Positions 56,927 to 63,620 of a DNA stretch of 64,000 bases are shown piece by piece. Below the pieces are notes generated by a model that was not told the origin of the DNA, made no database searches, and saw nothing but the letters and a program-made list of their open reading frames with translations. Position numbers and translations under genes: made by a program. Positions within the stretch are counted from its first letter, which is position 1; each line of letters begins with the position of its first letter. Source of the stretch: a bacterium (GTDB lineage Bacteria; Patescibacteriota; Saccharimonadia; Saccharimonadales; JAUPVS01); NCBI GenBank assembly GCA_029780855.1, contig JAKOXV010000003.1:84953-148952 (forward strand). Direction: 5' to 3'.

Positions 56927-57955
56927 TTATTTCAGAACTACGTACTGAGCATTCGTTTGGGTATTGAGGTATGTACCATCAGCTTGCCGTACGAATATAT
57001 AGGTACTGACGCCCTGAGTTGTGACGACCGGCTTGTTGGCGGTGTTAGCTAGTATTTGGTCACGGTCTTCCCATGACTTAGACTCAGCCCAGTACAAATC
57101 AACAGGTTCATCAACGGTAATCTTGATAGTCTTACTATCAATAGCCGTGGCGTGAATAGCAGAACTTGGTATGTCTTTTATGTCATATATATGAGCCATA
57201 TCCTGGCCATAATTGTTCATGAACTCTTGGACTTTTGGTTCGTCATTCTTGAGGTATCTGATAAGGTCCTGGTGATTCGTTGTGGCTGAGAGGATTTGTT
57301 CGTCACCAGTGGTCCTATAAGCGGCAATGCGGTCGTAGAACTGCTGAAGCATGGTGCGCTGCTCTAACGAATTCTGAGCAATATATTCAGGAGTAACCGG
57401 CTGGCCTCCATCAATAGGAGTGCCAATCTCTGATACGCTAATCACCTCACCATTTAGTCGTTGGGCATGGTTGCCGTCATTTACTACTTCTACGGCCGTG
57501 GTGGTGGTTGAAGGTGCTTCGGTACTTTGCGGAGTATTGTTTGCAACTTGTTCCTGTGGATCAGCTACGACTTTGTCCCCTTTTGATCCTGAGGTTAGGT
57601 ACGCACCACCAAGCACGCCTGCTGCAAGTGCCAAGCCCGCACCAATTTTTGCCGTACGACTATTGCGTAGGCGCTGCCACCCAGAAGAATTAGCTTCAGG
57701 TGCTTCACGATGAGTTGTCGCGACTTTAGAAGTATTGTCAATTTCTGGGCGAAGTCGTGTGGCGCTTTGGCGCTCCTCTGTAAGGTTTGCGGATAGTCCT
57801 GGTGTTTTCGCGTCGAGTACAGGAGTATCAGTAGAGGGGTTTCCGACGGTATCAAAGAGAGTTCCCTGAGCATCACTTACTTCCGCCGGAACAATATCGG
57901 GCTGTTCCTGTGAGTTAGAGGTTTTAGGTGAATGTGGTTCGTGTGCAAGCGTCAT
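56927..57955 (-). CDS. bitopic membrane protein, first gene of the T4SS-like operon (VirB8-like topology only)
   Basis: Disordered N-terminus, one TM helix (IGAGLALAAGVLGGAYL) and a ~200-aa alpha+beta C-terminal domain. A good SD (AAGGGGA) precedes the ATG. Confidence 0.5.
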   Translation of the reverse strand: MTLAHEPHSPKTSNSQEQPDIVPAEVSDAQGTLFDTVGNPSTDTPVLDAKTPGLSANLTEERQSATRLRPEIDNTSKVATTHREAPEANSSGWQRLRNSRTAKIGAGLALAAGVLGGAYLTSGSKGDKVVADPQEQVANNTPQSTEAPSTTTTAVEVVNDGNHAQRLNGEVISVSEIGTPIDGGQPVTPEYIAQNSLEQRTMLQQFYDRIAAYRTTGDEQILSATTNHQDLIRYLKNDEPKVQEFMNNYGQDMAHIYDIKDIPSSAIHATAIDSKTIKITVDEPVDLYWAESKSWEDRDQILANTANKPVVTTQGVSTYIFVRQADGTYLNTQTNAQYVVLK

Positions 57956-58099
57956 GGGTGTCCCCTTTCTGCTTATTAAGATTTGTAATGCGCTCAGGAA
58001 GAACGTTACAGTTCATTATACCACTAATGTTTTGAAAAGTCAATGATTGGGGTGCGCAACTCTTTTATTAGGAAAACTTTTAGGGTAAAATGCAATAAA

Positions 58100-58615
58100 A
58101 TGAACGATCAAAACCAAAACAATCCAAAACCAGATTATGGATTTATCCTTAATCAACAGGCACCTACCCCGAAGCCCAAGCACAGTAAAAAGGTGCTTGT
58201 ACTGATTGGGCTTGGCGGTGTACTGATCGTTGCGTTAATAGGTTCGTATGTACTTACTAGCTCGCTCAATAAAGTGAGTAACCAGACGCAAACCAACCAG
58301 GCGGCCGCTGCCACCCACTTGCGGAACATCGCTAGCGGTGATACAGCAGCGGCATATAGCGAACTCAGCACCAATACCCAAACCAACTACACCCAAGAAG
58401 CCTATAAGAGCGAAGTGCTCAAAACGCTCACCGATAAGATAGACATCGGTACCTGCAGTGAAGATACTGCAAAACATACCGCCACCACGGTATACTTTGC
58501 TTGCTCCAGTAGTGATAAAAAGTTCAAAGTAACACTTAAGCTGGTAACTACAGAGGAAAACTCTCAAACACGTATTCAGCGTTATGAAGTGGTGGGAGCG
58601 GAGAAAGTGTCATGA
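58100..58615 (+). CDS. bitopic membrane protein, first gene of the pilin operon
   Basis: ORF 58043-58615 trimmed to MNDQNQNNPKPDYGF. It has one TM helix (VLVLIGLGGVLIVALIGSYVL) and a small ectodomain with 2 Cys. Confidence 0.45.
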   Translation: MNDQNQNNPKPDYGFILNQQAPTPKPKHSKKVLVLIGLGGVLIVALIGSYVLTSSLNKVSNQTQTNQAAAATHLRNIASGDTAAAYSELSTNTQTNYTQEAYKSEVLKTLTDKIDIGTCSEDTAKHTATTVYFACSSSDKKFKVTLKLVTTEENSQTRIQRYEVVGAEKVS

Positions 58616-59268
58616 AAAAACTGATTTTTATCGTCTTTTTGCTCGCCGTCATGGTTGCGCCGTTTATGGTGAGCAAGCCAGCGGCTGCAGCTGCTGACCC
58701 CGGGTGTTATGAAGTTGTTCCGGTCCCAGGGATTGGTGCAGCAGTAGGTAAAGTCGACTGTAGCGTTCTTTCGTTCTATGCAAGCAATTGGGGCGGAGCT
58801 GCACCAGGAGAATGTTGGATAATAGGCTTATCCGCTTCAGGTTTGCCTGAAGGCTCACCGCAGCCACAAAAACAGGACTGTGCCACGCTAACCGTAACGG
58901 CGCAATCTAACCTAGATGGCACGATAGACACCGTGGATCAGGCGCGATCCAGGATTATTAATGACCAGCGCCAGCAGGCGAATGCGAGCAGTCCGGTAGG
59001 TTGTGCGTACTCTGATTTACAGAACCAATCAGACAACTGTACGATTATGCACTACGTTAATATTGTGATTGATGTGCTATCTGCGGCAGTTGGTATTATA
59101 GTGATAATCATGATTGTCGCTGGCGGCATACAATACATAACAGCAGGGGGCGATCCCCAAAGGGTAACTGCAGCGAAAGCTCGCATAGCAAACGCCGTGC
59201 TTGCATTAGTGGCGTTCTTGTTCCTCTTCGCCTTCTTGCAATGGATCGTACCAGGAGGACTATTTTAA
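58612..59268 (+). CDS. T4SS pilin-like protein 1 (VirB2/TrbC-like C-terminus fused to a ~130-aa Cys-rich ectodomain)
   Basis: Signal peptide (...KPAAAAA), 7 Cys in the ectodomain, then a helix - IQYITAGGDPQRVTAAKARIANAVLALV - helix module. Confidence 0.65.
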   Translation: MKKLIFIVFLLAVMVAPFMVSKPAAAAADPGCYEVVPVPGIGAAVGKVDCSVLSFYASNWGGAAPGECWIIGLSASGLPEGSPQPQKQDCATLTVTAQSNLDGTIDTVDQARSRIINDQRQQANASSPVGCAYSDLQNQSDNCTIMHYVNIVIDVLSAAVGIIVIIMIVAGGIQYITAGGDPQRVTAAKARIANAVLALVAFLFLFAFLQWIVPGGLF

Positions 59269-59657
59269 TGTTTTGGACACAGATTTTTGCAGCGGCCTGT
59301 AACAAGGGGCAAACCTTTTTTGGGCTCCCACCATGGTACCAGTACGTGCCTACCGAAAGTTACACGCCGCCCGGCGGCGTAGAACAGTGCCGCGTGTTGG
59401 TAGATTTCACGGCGCACCCGCGCGACATCTTGCTGGTTAGCTTTGGTATTTTCGATATCTTACTTAGGATTGCTGGCATGATTGCGGTCGGGTACGTGAT
59501 CTACGGAGGATTTCTGTACATGACCAGCCAGGGTGAGCCTGACAAGACTCAGAAAGCCAAGAATACTCTACTGGGAGCATTTATTGGACTGATTATTGTG
59601 CTCATTGCAGTGCCGCTGGTAACGTTTATTGGTAATTCTATTGGAGGAAAACTGTAA
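59268..59657 (+). CDS. T4SS pilin-like protein 2
   Basis: TAATG overlap with the upstream gene. It has the helix - FLYMTSQGEPDKTQKAKNTLLGAFIGLI - helix module. Confidence 0.6.
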   Translation: MFWTQIFAAACNKGQTFFGLPPWYQYVPTESYTPPGGVEQCRVLVDFTAHPRDILLVSFGIFDILLRIAGMIAVGYVIYGGFLYMTSQGEPDKTQKAKNTLLGAFIGLIIVLIAVPLVTFIGNSIGGKL

Positions 59658-59658
59658 G

Positions 59659-59994
59659 ATGTTTAGTTTTTTGCTGTATAAAACCGCCGTACGTTTTGCC
59701 GAAGCAATCAACGTCAATAGCCTACCGGGAGCAAAGAACCCTGACCAGACCCAGGCCTATGTGAGTAAGAACGGCGCGATTTTAGAAATTACTCGCCTGG
59801 TATTTGGCGCTTTTGGTGCAATCGCAGTGTTAATTATTGCCATAGCGGGCGTACAGTACGTGATTTCTCAGGGTGAAGCGCAAAAAATTTCTAAAGCAAA
59901 AAACACCATTATTTATGCAGTGCTCGGCCTGATCATTTCAATCACCGCCTACGGAATTGTTAGCTTTGTACTGAATAGGATCAATGTATCATGA
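59659..59994 (+). CDS. T4SS pilin-like protein 3
   Basis: Starts 1 nt after the upstream stop. It has the helix - VQYVISQGEAQKISKAKNTIIYAVLGLI - helix module and no obvious cleavable signal peptide. Confidence 0.6.
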   Translation: MFSFLLYKTAVRFAEAINVNSLPGAKNPDQTQAYVSKNGAILEITRLVFGAFGAIAVLIIAIAGVQYVISQGEAQKISKAKNTIIYAVLGLIISITAYGIVSFVLNRINVS

Positions 59995-60383
59995 AAAAAC
60001 TAATGGTTGGATTACTGGCTATAGTGTCGGCGCTGGGCTTGCTCACACTTGCTCTTCCCGTCCACGCCGCCGATGTAGTAGGTGGTGCCTGTGGCGTGCC
60101 GGGAGCATCTGGCTCGTCGATATGTTCAAGCACCGGCGCTACTAACCCCGTTTCAGGATCAGGCGGCGTGCTCATGCAGGCCATAAACCTGATTGCTATC
60201 GGTGGTGGTATTGCTGCAGTTATTGTCATTATTGTTGCCGGAGTAAGATTTATTACCTCAAACGGTGACCCTAATAATGTTACTGCTGCTCGCAACACTA
60301 TTCTGTACGCCGTTATCGGTTTGGTCGTTATTGTGGTGTCCCGTTCAATCGTGGTGTTTGTTATAAACTACATAAATAAATAG
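59991..60383 (+). CDS. T4SS pilin-like protein 4
   Basis: ATGA overlap with the upstream gene. Signal peptide ...LPVHA-AD and a Cys pair (GGACGVPGASGSSICSS). It has the VRFITSNGDPNNVTAARNTILYAVIGLV module. Confidence 0.68.
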   Translation: MKKLMVGLLAIVSALGLLTLALPVHAADVVGGACGVPGASGSSICSSTGATNPVSGSGGVLMQAINLIAIGGGIAAVIVIIVAGVRFITSNGDPNNVTAARNTILYAVIGLVVIVVSRSIVVFVINYINK

Positions 60384-60417
60384 GAATATAATAAGAAGGA
60401 ATAAAAGGAATACAGAC

Positions 60418-60825
60418 ATGAAAAAATTACTAATAGCCGTCGCCCTACTGTTTAACTTTAGTGCCGTAACGCTTGCGCTGGCTCCAGCTGCAGTCGTGCA
60501 TGCTGACACTAAAGCGTCGTTGTGTGAGGGTGTTGGCCTTACTTCTGACAATACCGGGTGTAATCAACCCACCAATCCTGATGGTTCGCCAAGCGGTACT
60601 TCGGTAGAAGGGATTATCAAGACAGCGATTAACCTGATTAGTGTCGTCGTTGGTGTTATTGCGGTAATCATGATCATCATCGGTGGATTGCGCTACATTA
60701 CCTCTGGAGGTGATTCTGCCAAGACGGCCAGCGCCAAAGATACCATCCTCTATGCCATCATCGGTCTGGTGATTGTAGCGCTCGCTCAGGTGATCGTTAA
60801 GTACGTGCTAAACAAGATAGGATAA
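60418..60825 (+). CDS. T4SS pilin-like protein 5
   Basis: Signal peptide ...VVHA-DT and a Cys pair (SLCEGVGLTSDNTGCN). It has the LRYITSGGDSAKTASAKDTILYAIIGLV module. Confidence 0.7.
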   Translation: MKKLLIAVALLFNFSAVTLALAPAAVVHADTKASLCEGVGLTSDNTGCNQPTNPDGSPSGTSVEGIIKTAINLISVVVGVIAVIMIIIGGLRYITSGGDSAKTASAKDTILYAIIGLVIVALAQVIVKYVLNKIG

Positions 60826-60901
60826 GCGGTATTTCCACTTGATGGACTACCTCCTATTGTGATATAACCAAAACAGCTTTAAAGAAAGGTTTATAAAAAT
60901 A

Positions 60902-61318
60902 ATGATTACAAAAGTAAAACTACTAGTTCTCTCGGCATTAATGGCTGTGGGCTTTTTGACTCCAGCACTAATTCCCGCCACGGTATCAGCTCAGGCAAAC
61001 ATTGAAAATGGTCTTTGTGCCGGTGCTAACCTGGATGCTACAAGCACCGAAAGCTGTAACGTAAACGATACTGCAGCAACAGACAAGATTAACGGCATTA
61101 TCAAACTGATCATCAACCTCTTCTCACTCGTTGTGGGAGTAGTATCGGTTATCATGATCATCATCGGTGGCCTTAAGTACATAACTTCTGGTGGAGACTC
61201 CGGAAATGTGACGAGCGCAAAGAACACTATTCTCTACGCCATAATCGGTTTAGTGATAGTTGCCCTCGCGCAATTTATCGTGCGCTTCGTTCTCTCAAAG
61301 TTGAGTCAGCAAGCGTAA
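60902..61318 (+). CDS. T4SS pilin-like protein 6
   Basis: Signal peptide ...TVSA-QA and a Cys pair (GLCAGANLDATSTESCN). It has the LKYITSGGDSGNVTSAKNTILYAIIGLV module and is the closest paralogue of protein 5. Confidence 0.7.
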   Translation: MITKVKLLVLSALMAVGFLTPALIPATVSAQANIENGLCAGANLDATSTESCNVNDTAATDKINGIIKLIINLFSLVVGVVSVIMIIIGGLKYITSGGDSGNVTSAKNTILYAIIGLVIVALAQFIVRFVLSKLSQQA

Positions 61319-61344
61319 TAGTTACGCCATAGACCTTTCCTTTA

Positions 61345-61378
61345 ACCACCCTCAAGATCATGGGGGTGGTTTTATTTT
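61345..61378 (+). terminator. Rho-independent terminator after the pilin operon
   Basis: accaccc (61345-61351) pairs with gggtggt (61364-61370), followed by tttatttt. Confidence 0.6.
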
Positions 61379-61401
61379 GTTACGTAGCTATGCGGGTCCA
61401 C

Positions 61402-61430
61402 AAAAAAACGCCCCCGGTGGAGGCGTTTTG
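61402..61430 (-). terminator. Rho-independent terminator of hsp20 (works best on the minus strand)
   Basis: aaacgcc (61406-61412) pairs with ggcgttt (61422-61428). On the minus strand the stem is followed by a TTTTTTT run. It lies 17 nt past the hsp20 stop. Confidence 0.65.
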
Positions 61431-61446
61431 AATGAGGCTTGCTAGT

Positions 61447-61923
61447 TTACAATACCTGGATCTTCTTTACGGTATCTTGCTTTAGTTTCCTGAAGCTAAT
61501 GGTAAGGACTCCGTCCTTGAGCATCGCTTCTACTTCATCTTCTTTTACGGGTACAGGAAGTGCAAGACTGCGAGAGAATTCGCCCCAGTAGCATTCCTGG
61601 ACAAAGTAGTTCTCTACATCGTCTTCGTTACCGGCGGAGAGCGTACCCCGAATGCTGAGCGTGTTATCAGAAATACTCACATCGAGATCGTTTTTGTTTA
61701 CGCCCGCAGTACGAGCTTTAACGACCAAACGGTCTTTTGTTTCGTATACGTCGACGGCTAGCTGACCTGGCAGTGCTGCGTCATCATCCCACTCTTCCTC
61801 TGCGGGACCCTGTTGGGCGCTTACATCAATGTCATCGCTTGTTGGCAAATCATCATCGCCTAGAAACGCTGCAGTAAGTTCGTCCTCCATCAATAGATCT
61901 TCGTCACGGTTACGTCGTGCCAT
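61447..61923 (-). CDS. Hsp20/alpha-crystallin family small heat-shock protein
   Basis: C-terminal alpha-crystallin pattern: VDVYETKDRLVVKARTAGV...DVSISDNTLSIRG...FSRSLALPVPV...GVLTISF. Confidence 0.85.
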   Translation of the reverse strand: MARRNRDEDLLMEDELTAAFLGDDDLPTSDDIDVSAQQGPAEEEWDDDAALPGQLAVDVYETKDRLVVKARTAGVNKNDLDVSISDNTLSIRGTLSAGNEDDVENYFVQECYWGEFSRSLALPVPVKEDEVEAMLKDGVLTISFRKLKQDTVKKIQVL

Positions 61924-62055
61924 ATATGTTGTTACCCTCCGCGCATGAACGCTTTATGTCATTATTTTGCGTTTTTATCTTTATGCCAGTATAACTTAGC
62001 GTTGGTAGCCTATGCAACGTCTATAGGCGAATATTTACAACACAATAATCACAAC

Positions 62056-62721
62056 ATGTTCATAACCGAAAAAATCATCAGCATTTTTGCACCGCACACC
62101 TGTATATTGTGCGACACGGAAGGATTAGTGCTTTGTGGCTGGTGTAGTCAGGAAGCGTTTTATTCTGTTCCGCCCCGCTGTTATCGGTGTCGGGCCGCTT
62201 CGGCCGAGTCAGCGACCTGCAAAAAATGCCGGAGCGGCTCGGTACTTTCCAATGTGTGGGTATTTACGGAGTACGGTGGTGTGTCGCGCGAGGTGTTGCG
62301 GCGACTAAAATTTGGACGTGCTCAAGCGGCTGCACAAGATATTGCTAGGGCGCTTGACGATGTGGTCCCCTTCCTTGCGCCTGACACAGTCATCACACAT
62401 GTACCTACAGCAACTAGTCGAGTTCGCATGCGGGGATATGATCAGTCGCGATTGATTGCCAAGGAGTTTGCTCGGCTTCGCAGCCTTCCCTACCGGAGTC
62501 TGCTGCTGCGAATTGGGCAGGCTCGACAGGTAGGATCTACGCGCGTCGAACGTGCCCGGCAGGTAGACGGAGCTTTCCGGCTACTCAGGCGTATCCCCGA
62601 GAAAGTCCTGCTGATTGATGATGTAGTTACCACCGGGGCGACCATAGAATCAGCCGCCAAACTGCTAAAAACCCATGGAGCTAAAAAAGTGCACGCAGCA
62701 GTGTTTGCCCAAAAGCAGTGA
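62056..62721 (+). CDS. comF: ComF-family protein (zinc-finger + phosphoribosyltransferase fold)
   Basis: CILC...CGWC and CYRC...CKKC cysteine pairs, plus C-terminal VLLIDDVVTTGATIESA. Start trimmed from 61945 to the ATG at 62056 and remains uncertain. Confidence 0.8.
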   Translation: MFITEKIISIFAPHTCILCDTEGLVLCGWCSQEAFYSVPPRCYRCRAASAESATCKKCRSGSVLSNVWVFTEYGGVSREVLRRLKFGRAQAAAQDIARALDDVVPFLAPDTVITHVPTATSRVRMRGYDQSRLIAKEFARLRSLPYRSLLLRIGQARQVGSTRVERARQVDGAFRLLRRIPEKVLLIDDVVTTGATIESAAKLLKTHGAKKVHAAVFAQKQ

Positions 62722-62727
62722 AACACT

Positions 62728-62755
62728 TTGTTTGTAGCGCAATTGCTGGTATAAT
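62728..62755 (+). promoter_or_regulatory. candidate sigma70-type promoter for tRNA-Ser(UGA)
   Basis: A perfect TATAAT at 62750-62755 lies 23 nt before the tRNA 5' end. A weak TTGTTT -35 candidate sits ~16 nt upstream. Confidence 0.3.
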
Positions 62756-62778
62756 CACCCCTGTTATTCAATTATATT

Positions 62779-62868
62779 GGAAGGGTGACCGAGTGGTTTA
62801 AGGTAACGGTCTTGAAAACCGTCGTGCCGGAAACGGTACCGTGGGTTCGAATCCCACCCCTTCCGCCA
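62779..62868 (+). tRNA. tRNA-Ser (anticodon UGA), CCA encoded
   Basis: Acceptor ggaaggg/cccttcc. Anticodon stem acggt/accgt with loop cuUGAaa. Long variable arm. T-arm gtggg-ttcgaat-cccac. Discriminator G followed by CCA. Confidence 0.9.
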
Positions 62869-63019
62869 CGTTCTCATGTCTGCATCTTGTAGGCGGGAGA
62901 ACGTGCTGAACGGCTGTATTGAGAATCCACGCGGGTTCGGCGAACGAGGAGCGGAGATGAAAAGATGCTTGCATGTTTTTATCGAGCACCGCAGGAAGGA
63001 GTGCGCGTCAGCGCGCGAT

Positions 63020-63037
63020 ATCCCACCCCTTCCGCCA
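63020..63037 (+). repeat. direct repeat of the last 18 nt of tRNA-Ser(UGA)
   Basis: atcccaccccttccgcca at 63020-63037 is identical to 62851-62868, 169 nt upstream. Confidence 0.9.
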
Positions 63038-63076
63038 AGTTTTTGCTATACTAGCCTGGTTCCATACATACAATAC

Positions 63077-63169
63077 GGAGGAGTACCCAAGTGGCTGAAG
63101 GGGACGGTTTGCTAAATCGTTAGTGGGGAGCAATCTCCAGCGAGGGTTCGAATCCCTCCTCCTCCGCCA
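63077..63169 (+). tRNA. tRNA-Ser (anticodon GCU), CCA encoded
   Basis: Acceptor ggaggag/ctcctcc. Anticodon stem acggt/atcgt with loop uuGCUaa. Long variable arm. T-arm gaggg-ttcgaat-ccctc. Discriminator G followed by CCA. Confidence 0.9.
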
Positions 63170-63176
63170 AATTAAG

Positions 63177-63207
63177 ATAGTCCCTGAGTAAGGGGCTATT
63201 TTAATTT
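63177..63207 (+). terminator. Rho-independent terminator after tRNA-Ser(GCU)
   Basis: atagtccc (63177-63184) pairs with ggggctat (63192-63199) with one G-U, followed by tttaattt. Confidence 0.55.
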
Positions 63208-63329
63208 ACACGCGAAGAGTAAGGATTCGAACGGGAGTGCCAGCGGCACTCCCCGCACCTTGCTCGTCATATGCCAGTGGTATATGTAAGAGTAAACTTG
63301 GCAAAAGTTTTTTCCTTTTGCCGTTTAGG

Positions 63330-63350
63330 CGAATCCCTCCTCCTCCGCCA
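63330..63350 (+). repeat. direct repeat of the last 21 nt of tRNA-Ser(GCU)
   Basis: cgaatccctcctcctccgcca at 63330-63350 is identical to 63149-63169, 181 nt upstream. Confidence 0.9.
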
Positions 63351-63443
63351 GGAGAGAAAAGTTACTGCCGTGAAGGCCGTGGCCTTTTGTCTTTTAGGTA
63401 CCCAAACCACGATACTGCAGCGTGGTCTTGTATACTTAACCCC

Positions 63444-63593
63444 ATGGCAATCCAACCAAAATGTGACAAATGCGGTGAGGAGCTTACTGAATTTGGTGGC
63501 ATACTCCTGAGCCCACCAAATGATCAAGGTGACGTCAAGAAGTTCCACCTCTGTTCGCAGTGCTATCAGGCGTTCGCCAATGAACTGACGTAG
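63444..63593 (+). CDS. small zinc-ribbon protein (49 aa)
   Basis: MAIQPKCDKCGEELTEFGG...HLCSQCYQAF has two CxxC pairs. The longer ORF (from 63237) would read through the tRNA 3'-end repeat, so I use the internal ATG at 63444. Confidence 0.4.
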   Translation: MAIQPKCDKCGEELTEFGGILLSPPNDQGDVKKFHLCSQCYQAFANELT

Positions 63594-63620
63594 TATTCGA
63601 TTCACCTTTTACCTGTTCTC

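Noticed and set aside
43676-61318. Annotating the T4SS-like region as an integrative conjugative element
   Set aside because: No integrase, relaxase, coupling protein, flanking direct repeats or obvious compositional break was seen by eye. The flanks are core genes (recF, hsp20), so I treat the region as a chromosomal system. VirD4 or a relaxase could still lie outside the window.
62869-63329. Calling the DNA between the tRNA 3'-end direct repeats an integrated mobile element or prophage
   Set aside because: Each inter-repeat segment is only ~150-160 bp, with no integrase, transposase or any credible ORF. I report the repeats as an observation but do not annotate a mobile element.
63237-63443. 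N-terminal 69 aa of the 118-aa ORF (and the antisense 112-aa ORF at 63267-63605)
   Set aside because: The extension reads through hairpins and the tRNA 3'-end repeat (giving PPPPP from ctcctcctcc). Only the C-terminal CxxC...CxxC part starting at the ATG at 63444 looks like a real small protein.
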